From positions 1,470,001 through 1,502,000 of the forward strand of contig NC_000918.1 in assembly GCF_000008625.1 (NCBI RefSeq): a stretch of 32,000 nucleotides of DNA, in the 5' to 3' direction. The notes beneath the pieces were generated by a model. The model searched no databases and was not told where the DNA came from. It was given only the letters and a program-made list of their open reading frames with translations. This stretch comes from Aquifex aeolicus VF5. Lineage in GTDB: Bacteria; Aquificota; Aquificia; Aquificales; Aquificaceae. The first letter of the stretch is position 1; every line of letters begins with the position of its first letter. The translations under genes and the position numbers were made by a program. Positions 9,279 through 21,615 of this stretch are shown piece by piece.

Positions 9279-11166
9279 TTACTCTTCGAGGGTAGAGACG
9301 TCTCCGACGTCCAGTCCGAGTTCTTCCGCTTTGAGTATTCTTCTCATTATCTTTCCGCTTCTGGTCTTTGGCAGTTTTTCCCTGAATTCTATTTCATCGG
9401 GAACGGCTATTGGTCCGAGAACATTCCTTACGTGGAGTTTTAGTTCCTCTACGAGTTTTTCGGAGGGTTCTACGCCTTTCTTGAGGACAACGAAGGCCTT
9501 TATGCTTTCACCTTTAACCTCGTGAGGCTTTCCTATTACCGCAGCTTCTGCAACGTCGGGGTGTGATACGAGAGCGCTTTCAACTTCCATGGTTCCTATC
9601 CTATGTCCCGCAACGTTTATGACGTCGTCCGCCCTACCGAGGATCATTATGTACCCTTCTTCGTCGTAAGAGGCTAGGTCTCCACACACCCTTTATGGTG
9701 TTCCAGTACTTTTCGTACCTCTCGGGCTCACCCCAGCACGTCCTGAGCATTGAGGGCCAAGGAGATTTAATTACCAAGAATCCAACGGTATTGGGGGGAA
9801 CCTTGTTTCCATCCTTGTCAACGATTTCGGGTTCTATCGTGAAGAAGGGCTTTCCTGCCTTTCCGGGCTTTGCAGGGTAAGAGGGTATCGTCGTTATCAT
9901 GTGAGCTCCCGTTTCCGTTTGCCACCATGTGTCAACGATTACGCATTTCTCCCTTCCGATATATTTGTAATACCAGAGCCAAGCTTCGGGGTTTATGGGT
10001 TCTCCTACTGAACCGAGAATTCTCAGGGAAGAGAGATCGTACTTCATAGGCCACTCTTCACCGTACCTCATGAACATCCTTATTGCTGTGGGTGCGGTGT
10101 AGAAGACGTTTACTCTATACTTTTCTACGTACCTCCACCACCTTCCCGGATCGGGATAATCGGGTGCTCCCTCGGTTATCACGGACGTAACTCCGTTTGC
10201 GAGTATTCCGTAGACTATGTAAGAGTGTCCCGTGATCCAACCTATGTCCGCGGTACACCAGTATATGTCGTCTTCGTGAAGGTCAAAGACTATCTTTGAA
10301 GTGTAGTAGGTCTGAACCATGTAACCACCCGTGGTGTGGAGAACTCCCTTCGGCTTTCCTGTGGTTCCTGAAGTGTAGAGGATAAAGAGTGGGTCTTCAG
10401 CGTCCATAACTTCGGGTTCGCACTCGGGAGAAGCGTTCTTAACCATTTCGTTGAAGTCTACAAAGAGTCCGCCCTTTTCCTCCAGGGCGTCTCCGTCCCT
10501 GTCCCACACCACTACTTTCTCAACGAAGTCCAGTCCGTCTATAGCCCTCTCAACGGTTGTGAGAAGGTCTATTTTCTTTCCTCTCCTTTGAGTGTAGCTT
10601 GCGGTGACCACGACCTTTGCCTTTGCGTCTTCAATCCTCGTTCTGAGAGCTCCTTCGGAGAATCCGGCAAATACTACGCTGTGAATAGCCCCTATCCTCG
10701 CACAAGCGAGCATCGTAGCTATCGCTTCTATGGTTGTTGGCATGTATATGGAAACTCTGTCTCCTTTCTTAACTCCCAAGGATTTGAGCCCGTTTGCTAT
10801 CCTGTTTACGAGTTCTAAGAGTTCTCCGTAGGTTATCTTCTTTTCGTTATCGTTCTCGTCAACGTAGATGTAAGCAACCTTGTTTCTCTTTCCGTTCTGG
10901 ACGTGCCTGTCGAGGCAGTTGTAGGTTATGTTGGTCTTTGCCCCTACGAACCACTTGGCGTATGGGAAGTTCCACTCGAGAACCTTGTCCCACTTCTTGA
11001 ACCAGTGGAGTTCTTCGGCTACCTTTGCCCAGAAGCCTTCGCGATCCTTGATGCTTTCCTCGTAAACCTTTTCGTAGTCTTTAATCCAAGCCCTCTCCAC
11101 TATTTCTTTGGGAGGGTAATACTTTTCTTGGATTTTTAAAAGTACTTCGGACTTTTCTTCTGCCAT
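9279..11166 (-). pseudogene. acs: Acetyl-CoA synthetase, frameshifted near 9681-9690 (two ORFs: 9634..11166 and 9279..9689)
   Basis: N-terminal part has YTSGTTGKPKGVLHTTGGY and WWQTETG; C-terminal part has [38 protein letters not shown] and [14 protein letters not shown]. The join needs a net loss of bases at 9681-9690. Confidence 0.93.
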
Positions 11167-11169
11167 GTC

Positions 11170-11442
11170 ACCACCTCCTTTTTAATCACTTAATTTTATT
11201 CCTCAAAAGGAAATTTTTCAAAATTCAAAAAGCGTTTTAAAAATTTAAAAGGAATTTAAGGTTTTACTAATATTTTTAAACTTTTACACAAAAAGTTTTA
11301 ACCTTAACACTTGAAATCCTTGTGTATTAACAAGCTCAAGACATAACCATCGTTTTTAAAACGGTGTTTTATTTTAAAACTATTGAAATTGTTAAAAATT
11401 TGTTTCAGTATTTACATAACAAAATTCCAAGGGAGGTGTGTT
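11170..11442. promoter_or_regulatory. AT-rich divergent intergenic region between acs and the DUF4212/symporter operon with repeated TTTTAAAA-type motifs
   Basis: Repeated gcgttttaaaaatttaaaag, cgtttttaaaacg and tgttttattttaaaact; it must hold both divergent promoters. Confidence 0.4.
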
Positions 11443-11700
11443 ATGGATAAAGAAAAGCTGGAGGCCTACCACAAAGCCAATGTAAGGGTCATAACAATTC
11501 TGCTCATAATTTAGGCTCTCGTTTCTTACGGAGGAGCTCTAATAGCCAAATCACTGTTTAAAGCGGGAACTACTATATTCGGATTCCCCGCTCACTACTG
11601 GATAAGTGCACAGCTTTCGGTAATTACCTTTGTTGTGGAGATTTTCGTTTACGCTTGGATTATGAACAACCTTGATAAAAAATACGGAGTGGAGGAGTAA
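11443..11700 (+). pseudogene. DUF4212-like small symporter partner with an in-frame TAG at codon 24
   Basis: MDKEKLEAYHKANVRVITILLII*ALVSYGGALIAKSLFKAGTTIFGFPAHYWISAQLSVITFVVEIFVYAWIMNNLDKKYGVEE*; GGGAGGTGTG SD upstream; followed directly by the symporter gene. Confidence 0.82.
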
Positions 11701-11703
11701 GCC

Positions 11704-13323
11704 ATGGAATGGTTGGGTTACGTAATAGTCTTTGGAATAGTTGCCCTTTTTATGGCGATAGCTATTTACAACAGGGCGACCGAAGCGGAAGAGTTTTACG
11801 TACCGGTATGAGAATTCCCGCCTTCTGGAACGGAATGGCAGTAGCCGCTGACTGGATGAGTGCCGCTTCCTTCATCAGTATGGCGGAGCACTCTACGCCC
11901 TCGGGTACGACGACTCGCCTACATAATGGGATGGACGGGTGGATACGTTCTGCTCGCACTCCTGATAGCACCTTACCTCAGGAAGTTTGGAAAGTTCACA
12001 GTTCCCGACTTCATAGCGGAAAGGTACGAGAGTAACTTCGCAAGACTCGTTGCGCTTATAATCGCGATAATAATCAGCTTCACCTACATGGTCGGTCAGG
12101 TTGCCGGTGTCGGTATCATAATGGGAAGACTCTTCGGAGTTCCCTTCGAAATAGGTATAGCGATCGGAATGATAGTCATAATCGCAACCACAGTTCTGGG
12201 CGGTATGAAATCCATCACGTGGACTCAGGTTGCCCAGTACATCGTTCTTATAACAGCTTACCTCTTACCGGTTTCCCTTTTAGCAATGCAGTGGTTCGGA
12301 ATTCCCCTGCCTCAGTTTCTTTACGGTAACGTTCTCCAGTGGATCGTAGACCTTGAAAAACAACACGGTATCTCTCCCCACTACATAGAACCTTACGTTA
12401 AGTTCAACATGATTCAATTCCTCGCTTTGATGTTCGTCCTGATGGCTGGAACTGCGGCACTTCCTCACGTTCTTATGAGGTTCTTTACAACACCTTCGGT
12501 TAAGGACGCAAGGTGGAGTGCGGGATGGGCACTCTTCTTCATAGCCATACTCTACTTAACCGCTCCTGCGTACGCAGCCTTTGCAAGGTACGTCGTCCTC
12601 AAAGACGTCGTCGGTAAGCCCATAGATCAGCTTCCCGCCTGGGCACAGAAGTGGGCCGAAACGGGACTCTTTAAAGTAATAGACCAAAACGGTGACGGCA
12701 TAATCCAGTGGGCTGAACTTCAGCTCCATAGGGACATAGTCGTTCTGGCAACTCCCGAAATTGCGGGGCTCAGCTTACTCGTAGGATACTTCGTAATGGC
12801 AGGTGGTCTTGCAGCGGCACTCTCCACTGCGGACGGACTGCTACTCGTTATAGCGGCAGCGGTTTCCAATGACCTCTACGCTAAGATGATCAATCCGAAC
12901 GCACCCGAGAAAAAGATCGTTATGCTCGGTAAGATAGCGGTTGCAGTAGCGGGAGTGATAGGTGGTTTCGTAGCAGCAATGAAGATCGGATTCATCGTTC
13001 AAATAGTCGCTTGGGCGTTCTCACTGGCAACGGCATCCTTCTTCCCGGCATTGGTTCTCGGTATATTCTGGAAGCGTCTGAACAAGGAAGGTGCTATAGC
13101 AGGTATGGTTGCGGGACTGCTCGTAACGATTATCTACATTTATCTCAACAAGACTCAAGGTTTCTCCATACTGGGAATACAGCACACCGCATCTGGTGTA
13201 TTCGGACTACTGGTTAACCTGATAGTCTCCTACATAGTCACGATGATGACACCACCTCCCTCCGAAAGGGTACAGAAACTCGTTGAGGACATCAGGTATC
13301 CCAAGAAGATTCACGAAGTATGA
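11704..13323 (+). pseudogene. Sodium:solute (acetate/ActP-like) symporter, disrupted by three apparent single-base losses
   Basis: Conserved text is spread over three frames: MEWLGYVIVFGIVALFMAIAIYNRATEAEEFYVP / GMRIPAFWNGMAVAADWMSAASFISMA / ALYALGYD / LAYIMGWTGGYVLLALLIAPYLRKFGKFTVPDFIAERY... Adding three bases gives one 540-aa ORF. Confidence 0.88.
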
Positions 13324-15175
13324 TAGTAGACGTCAAGGAGTTCTTACAGACACACTACCCCTTTTCCTCCCTCCCCCCTTCTTCTTTAGAAAATCTTTCT
13401 AAAGTCATAAAGGTTAAGTACTACCCTAAGGGAAGCGAGATATTCAAAAAGGACGAAAAACCACTTGAATACCTTTACGTAATAAGGAAGGGAAACGTAT
13501 CCCTCAGGTCCGACGGTGTTGAGATAGACTTTCTATCCGAAGGAGACAGCTTCGGTTTTATATCTCTAATCACCGATTCCCCTCCATCCTCAACAGCGGT
13601 AGCGGAAACGGATGTAATCCTTTACTTAATTCCTAAGGAAGTCTTTAAACAATTAATGGAGAAGTACCCCGAGTTCAGGAATTACTTTACGACTTCCCTC
13701 GCAAAGAGAATCGCCCACACAGCCGAAAGAGTAAAGGAAAACGGCGGAGCAAAAACCTTTGAGAAATTCTTAACGGTTCAGGTAAAGGATTTAAAGTTAA
13801 GAAAAGTCCCATTTATACTTCCCTCAGAGAGTGTTTACGAAGCGGTAAAGAAAATGGTAGAAGACAATTCAAGTTGTGCTATTGTAAAGTCAGAGGACGA
13901 AGAAGGTATTATAACGGAGAGGGACGTTCTTAAAAAGGTAATCTACAGGGATTTGAACCCTAAAGAGGTAAAAGTCAAAGAAGTAATGACAAGCCCCCTG
14001 ATAAGCGTAGAGCCCACAGATTTCCTCTTCGACGTCCTGCTTACCATGTCCAAGAACAACATAAGGAGAGTGGTTGTAAAGGAAGACGGAAACATACTCG
14101 GAGTTTTAGAAGACAAGGACATAATAGCCCTTGAAACCCAAAACCTTATAGTGATAGTAAAGGAAGTTGAAAAGGCAAAGAGCGTAGAAGAACTCTCTTA
14201 CCTTTACTCCTTAGTTGACGATATGGCGGTAAACCTCTTCAACGAAGGTGTGAAACCCGAAGTAATAAGCAGACTAATATCCGAAATTAACGACAAGTTC
14301 ATATCAAAAGCCATACAGCTCGCTATAAAGGAACTGGGACTTGAACCTATCGTTTCTTTCAGTTTCATGGTTCTGGGAAGCGAAGGGAGGAAGGAACAAA
14401 CCCTCAAGACTGATCAAGACAACGCCTTAATATACGACGACACTTACCCTTCACTGGACGTTGACCTTGAAGATTACTTTAAGAAATTCGGTGAGAAGAT
14501 TTCGGAAATCCTTTTGAAAATTGGATTTCCCCCCTGTCCTTCAAACGTAATGGTAAGGAATCCGGAGTGGAACAAAGGAAAAACAGAGTGGCTGAAAACC
14601 CTAGAAAAGTGGTTCTCAAAACCCGATCCCGAAAACACCTTAAAACTGGGAATCTTCCTAGACTTCAGGAACGTATTCGGAGATAAAACCCTAGAAGAAG
14701 AACTGAGGAAAAAGGTCTTCGAACTCGCAAAGGAAAACGAACTCTTAATAGCTTACATGTTTAAGGATACGGTCAGGTTCAAACCCCCCTTAGGACTTTT
14801 CGGAAGACTTAAAGTAGAAAAGGAAGGTATTGATATAAAGAAGGGCGGGATATTCCCTATAACGAGCGGTATAAGAACCTTGGCTATAAAAAACGAAATT
14901 GCGGAAACGAACACCCTTGATAGGATGAAAAAACTCTACGAGAAAGGAGTCCTCTACAAGGAGCTTTACGAAAACCTGAAGGAAGCCTTCAATTACCTTC
15001 AGTACATAAGGTTAAAGTCCCAGATAGAAAAACTAAAGGAAGGGAAACAGCCTGATAACTACGTCAATCCAGAAAGACTCAGTAAGCTAGAACTGGATCT
15101 TTTGAAGGACGCCTTTAAGGTAGTAGCTCAGTTTCAGGAATTTATAGAGACGAAGTACCTGACCTACATACCCTC

Positions 15176-15179
<4 letters not shown>
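13320..15179 (+). CDS. cNMP-binding + CBS-pair + GlnD-like nucleotidyltransferase (DUF294-type) signalling protein
   Basis: Cyclic-nucleotide-binding-like N-terminus (YYPKGSEIFKKDEKPLEYLYVIRKGNVSL), two CBS-like repeats (EGIITERDVL; LGVLEDKDIIAL), NTase motif GSEGRKEQTLKTDQDNALIYDD. Confidence 0.87.
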
Positions 15180-17740
<2,561 letters not shown>

Positions 17741-17741
17741 G

Positions 17742-18035
17742 ATGGGGAGGTTTAAGTACCGCTCCGGAAAGGTAAAGCTGGAACACCACATACTTGAAGG
17801 ACTGGAAGAGTATCTAGATGAAATACAAAAGTGGGAATGCGTAGAGAGTATAATTCCGGGAAGGATAGTGAGACAAAACAAGGGAAGGGGCTCAAAAGGA
17901 TTGTTTTTAAAGTACAGAACCATTACTGGTTATAAACTCCTTTACAAGACGGGAACCTCAGTTCAGGAAGTATTCGTGGTTTGCAAAGACTACGAGGAGT
18001 TTGAGAAAAAGTTTAAAGAAGTTTTCGGAAAATGA
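17742..18035 (+). CDS. Conserved hypothetical protein (possibly DUF2103-like)
   Basis: ORF with YRSGKVKLEHHILEGLEEYL and GRIVRQNKGRGSKGLFLKYRTITGYKLLYKTGTSVQEVFVV; one base from the HDAC stop. The family name is from memory. Confidence 0.6.
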   Translation: MGRFKYRSGKVKLEHHILEGLEEYLDEIQKWECVESIIPGRIVRQNKGRGSKGLFLKYRTITGYKLLYKTGTSVQEVFVVCKDYEEFEKKFKEVFGK

Positions 18036-18808
18036 TTATCGTTTTTCTCCTTTTTATTTCTTTAATTTTTGCTTATGAGCCCGGAAGTGTTTACATTTTT
18101 AAGTTCCAAGAGGAAGGAAAGTACAGGGTAATTTTAAAGTCTAACCAAGAAGTTTACTCCTTTGACTGCACAGGGAAAATTTGTCTTTGGGGAGTGCCTC
18201 TGAGTCTAAACGGGAAAAATGCACTCCTTGAGGTAAAGAGAGGAAGTAAAATAATCTTTAAAAAGCGGATAAAAATTTCAAGAAAAAGGTTCAAGGTTTA
18301 CACATTAAGAATAAGAAAAAGGAAGCTTACACCTAAATTAATACGAAGAATTAAAAAGGAAAGAGAAAAGATTTTAAAGGTTCTGAAAACTCCCACTATT
18401 CCGGGAATTTCCCGTCTTGAGCTTTCAAAACCTTTAAATAAACTCGTGGTTACTTCTGAATTCGGAGAGATTCGTTTAATAAACGGTAAAAGGAAGAGCG
18501 TTCACAGGGGTGTAGACTTCAGGGCAAAGGAGGGAGAACTCGTTTACGCAATCATGCCCGGGAAGGTAAGACTCACCGGAAACTTCTTCTTTACAGGCAA
18601 TACGGTTATAGTAGAACACGGGCAGGGACTTTATTCCCTTTACGCTCATCTCTCGGAAATTTTAGTAAAGGAAGGACAGTTGGTAAAAGCGGGAGAGTTG
18701 ATAGGAAGGGCAGGCTCTACGGGGCGTTCAACGGGTCCGCACCTGCACCTAGGTCTTTACCTCAACGGTATTCCCTTTAATCCTCTCAGTCTTTTAAGGC
18801 TTCGGTAA
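18032..18808 (+). CDS. Secreted M23-family (LytM-like) metallopeptidase
   Basis: Signal-like N-terminus; [61 protein letters not shown]. Confidence 0.9.
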   Translation: MIIVFLLFISLIFAYEPGSVYIFKFQEEGKYRVILKSNQEVYSFDCTGKICLWGVPLSLNGKNALLEVKRGSKIIFKKRIKISRKRFKVYTLRIRKRKLTPKLIRRIKKEREKILKVLKTPTIPGISRLELSKPLNKLVVTSEFGEIRLINGKRKSVHRGVDFRAKEGELVYAIMPGKVRLTGNFFFTGNTVIVEHGQGLYSLYAHLSEILVKEGQLVKAGELIGRAGSTGRSTGPHLHLGLYLNGIPFNPLSLLRLR

Positions 18809-20156
18809 TCCTTTCCGGTTTGAATATACCTTTTTCTGTAATAATTCCCGTTATTAACTCCGCAGGTGTTATGTCAAAGGCAAGGTGCAAAGCGTCTGAC
18901 TCCTTGGGAGCTATCGCACAACCACCGCACACTTTAACTTCCTCGGGAGAGCGTTCCTCTATGATGATTTCCTCTCCGCTCTTTATATTAGAGTCTATCG
19001 TGGAAGTCGGGGCTGCTACGTAGAAGGGAACGTTGTGTTCTTTACACAGAACTGCCAAAGTGTAAGTCCCTATTTTGTTGGCAACGTCGCCCTTTGCCGT
19101 TATGCGATCCGCCCCGACGATGACGAGGTCCACCATACCCTTTTTCATTAAAAAGCCTGCTGTGCTATCCGTTATTATCTTGTGAGGAATACTTTCCTTG
19201 ACCAGTTCCCACGCGGTGAGACGTGCCCCTTGAAGGTACGGACGCGTTTCGTCAACCCATACGAAGATGTTTTTCCCGCCGTAATGTGCACTCCTGATAA
19301 CTCCGAGGGCTGTTCCCCACCCGGCAGTCGCAAGCGCTCCCGTGTTGCAGTGAGTGAGGACTTTTGCGTTCAGAGGAACGATTTCACTCCCTATTTCTCC
19401 CATTCTTTTGTTGGCTTCGTAGTCTTCTTTTTCTATTTCTTTTGCCTCTTCTTCTATGTCTTTGCCTTCCTTTAGGGCTTTCATCATCCTGTCCAGAGCC
19501 CAGAAGAGGTTATAAGCGGTAGGTCTAGTATTTTTTAATGTTTCGTAGACTTTTTCAGGATCTTCCTTTTGAACCTTTACTCCGAGCACGAAACCGTATG
19601 CAGCTGTGCAACCTATGGCGGGAGCTCCTCTAACAGCCATTTCCTTTATAGCCTTTGCGACTTCTTCGTAAGTTTTTAACTCAAGCCAAACTTCTTGATG
19701 AGGAAGTTTTCTCTGATCAAGGAGTAAAAGCTTATCTCCCTTCCAGTAAAAGGGCTTTACTTCCATCTTCTCACCTCTCCAGAACATGTCTATCAGGAAC
19801 ACCGTAAAGAATTCGCCTTCAAAAACTTTATCTTCCCCTTTAAAGCACTCCACAAGAACCTTTTTCTTTTTTCCCTTGTCCTCGGATACTCTTGCTTTAC
19901 AAATTATTTCGTCTCCCACTTTCACGGGTTTTAAAAACTTTACGTTTGCTCCTGCGAGAACTACGTTCGGGTGATTTACCGCGAGCATAGAGGCGTAATC
20001 CGCAGCGGAAAATATAAAGCCCCCGTGCACGAGTCCCTTATCGTCCGCTTTCATACTCTCTTGAGTTTTGAGCAGAACTTCCGCGTATCCCTCTGCAACC
20101 TTAACGGGTTTTCCGCTCAGTTCCTGATTTATCCCGAGGTGTGTTCTTATATCCAT
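18786..20156 (-). CDS. mtnA: ORF fusing a hotdog-fold thioesterase-like domain to S-methyl-5-thioribose-1-phosphate isomerase (eIF-2B-like)
   Basis: N-terminus [47 protein letters not shown] (hotdog); from internal ATG 19766: [22 protein letters not shown]...[16 protein letters not shown]...[20 protein letters not shown]...[18 protein letters not shown]. Confidence 0.9.
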   Translation of the reverse strand: MDIRTHLGINQELSGKPVKVAEGYAEVLLKTQESMKADDKGLVHGGFIFSAADYASMLAVNHPNVVLAGANVKFLKPVKVGDEIICKARVSEDKGKKKKVLVECFKGEDKVFEGEFFTVFLIDMFWRGEKMEVKPFYWKGDKLLLLDQRKLPHQEVWLELKTYEEVAKAIKEMAVRGAPAIGCTAAYGFVLGVKVQKEDPEKVYETLKNTRPTAYNLFWALDRMMKALKEGKDIEEEAKEIEKEDYEANKRMGEIGSEIVPLNAKVLTHCNTGALATAGWGTALGVIRSAHYGGKNIFVWVDETRPYLQGARLTAWELVKESIPHKIITDSTAGFLMKKGMVDLVIVGADRITAKGDVANKIGTYTLAVLCKEHNVPFYVAAPTSTIDSNIKSGEEIIIEERSPEEVKVCGGCAIAPKESDALHLAFDITPAELITGIITEKGIFKPERITEALKD

Positions 20157-20167
20157 AATTTAATAGA

Positions 20168-21274
20168 TTAACCTTTCTTCAGTTCTTCAAAGAGTTTTAT
20201 GTATTTATCTACAGTGTTTTCTATTGAGTAGTTTTGTACGGTTCTTATTGCGTTTTTAGAAATCCTTTTCCTTTCCTCTTCCGATAAGCTCAGGGCTTTT
20301 AAAATTTTTTCCTTCATGCCTCTCCAGTCTCCAACTTCAACCATAAACCCGTTTTCTCCGTCTTTTAAGTACTCTGGAATTCCTCCTGCGTTTGTTGAAA
20401 TCACTATCCTGCCGGTTGCCATAGCTTGAAGGAGTGCCCCGGCAATTCCCTCGGAAAAAGAACCGAACAAAAATAAATCCGCACCCTGTAAAAGCATTTC
20501 TATATCACTCCTGAACCCGAGCCCCATACAGTTTTTTTCAAGTCCGTACTTTTTGAAGGTTTCCCCTGCTTCTTCGGAATCCGTATCCAGTCCCACAAAG
20601 AACATTTTGAAATTCCTGAATGGAAGTTCTTTTAAAGCCTTTAGGATTACTTCTTGTCCTTTTCTCCAAGGTTGCCAATTCGCAACGTTTATAAACATGT
20701 ATTCGTTTTCCTTTACACCTAGTTCTTTCCTAACTTCTTCCCTTAGTTCAGGTCTTGGATAGAACCTCTGAAGTTCTATACCGCTCTGAATAATTCTTAT
20801 TCTTTCAGGGAAAAATTTCCATTTTTTTAGTTTTTCTCCCACTTCCTTTGAAACTACGACTATTCTGTTCGCCTTTGAGTATTTAAAGTATTTTGACAAA
20901 AATGAAGGCTTAAACCCGGAACGTCTCAAAGCGATTATTTTTGGCTTTTCCCTCATAAAAGAGGTAGCCATTATAACGTAGTCAAGGGCATGGGAGGAGT
21001 GAGCTATGACAAAATCGTAGTCGTTTTCTTTAATAATTTTTCTGAGTCTTAAAATATTTTTAAAATTAAACCTTGAAATTCCCCCTTTGTGTTCCTCGAA
21101 AAAGTGGATTTTTACAGGCGTTCCCTCAAGCTTTTTTACCATGTAATCATAGTCAAAGGCAAGGGCTATATGACTTTCTATTCCTTTCAGAGCCAAGTAC
21201 TTGGTTATTAAATAAGTTTGCTCCTTAGTTCCGCACCATCCAATACCGTCAACAACGTTGAGAACTTTGAACAT
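20168..21274 (-). CDS. Glycosyltransferase family 4 (GT-B fold)
   Basis: VVSKEVGEKLKKWKFFPERIRIIQSGIEL, LFLFGSFSEGIAGALLQAMATGRIVISTNAGGIPEYLKDGENGFMV. Confidence 0.87.
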   Translation of the reverse strand: MFKVLNVVDGIGWCGTKEQTYLITKYLALKGIESHIALAFDYDYMVKKLEGTPVKIHFFEEHKGGISRFNFKNILRLRKIIKENDYDFVIAHSSHALDYVIMATSFMREKPKIIALRRSGFKPSFLSKYFKYSKANRIVVVSKEVGEKLKKWKFFPERIRIIQSGIELQRFYPRPELREEVRKELGVKENEYMFINVANWQPWRKGQEVILKALKELPFRNFKMFFVGLDTDSEEAGETFKKYGLEKNCMGLGFRSDIEMLLQGADLFLFGSFSEGIAGALLQAMATGRIVISTNAGGIPEYLKDGENGFMVEVGDWRGMKEKILKALSLSEEERKRISKNAIRTVQNYSIENTVDKYIKLFEELKKG

Positions 21275-21312
21275 AAATAAAAAATTTTAGAAAAGAAGAA
21301 AAGCGGGAAAAA

Positions 21313-21580
21313 TTAAGAAATCTGCTTAACGAGTTCCTTTGCAGGTTTGAAAGTGAGAACCTTTCTTGCAGGTATTTGTATAACTTCTCCCGTTCTGGGA
21401 TTTCTTCCCTTTCTTGCACTCCTTACGGTTACTTTAAAGGTCCGAGTCCGGGAATTCTGAGCTTCTTCCTTTTCGAAGAGTTCGTGTATGGCTTCTACGA
21501 AAGCCTTGATAGCTGCGTCAGCTCCTTCTTGGTTATGCCTGCTTTTTCTGCAATTTTGCTACGAGCTCAGCCTTGGTCAT
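21313..21580 (-). pseudogene. HU/IHF-like DNA-binding protein, split across frames by four lesions; absent from the ORF track
   Basis: Piecewise reading: MTKAELVAK(x)AEKAGITKK(x)ADAAIKAFVEAIHELFEK(x)KKLRIPGLG(x)FKVTVRSARKGRNPRTGEVIQIPARKVLTFKPAKELVKQIS*. Adding five bases gives a 90-aa HU-length ORF. Confidence 0.88.
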
Positions 21581-21615
21581 ACCGCACACTTCCCTTAGTT
21601 TTTTCACATTTAATT

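Noticed and set aside
11512-11514. Recoding of TAG as selenocysteine or pyrrolysine
   Set aside because: Selenocysteine uses TGA, and no pyrrolysine context or machinery is visible. A single TGG to TAG change or an error explains it better.
11804-11914. Programmed ribosomal frameshifting in the symporter
   Set aside because: Three shifts in 110 bp are needed, with no heptameric slippery sites or recognised pseudoknots; the pattern fits missing bases instead.
11709-12035. ORF of 108 aa as an independent gene
   Set aside because: Only its middle (RIPAFWNGMAVAADWMSAASFISMA) is homologous; both ends are frameshift artefacts of the symporter gene.
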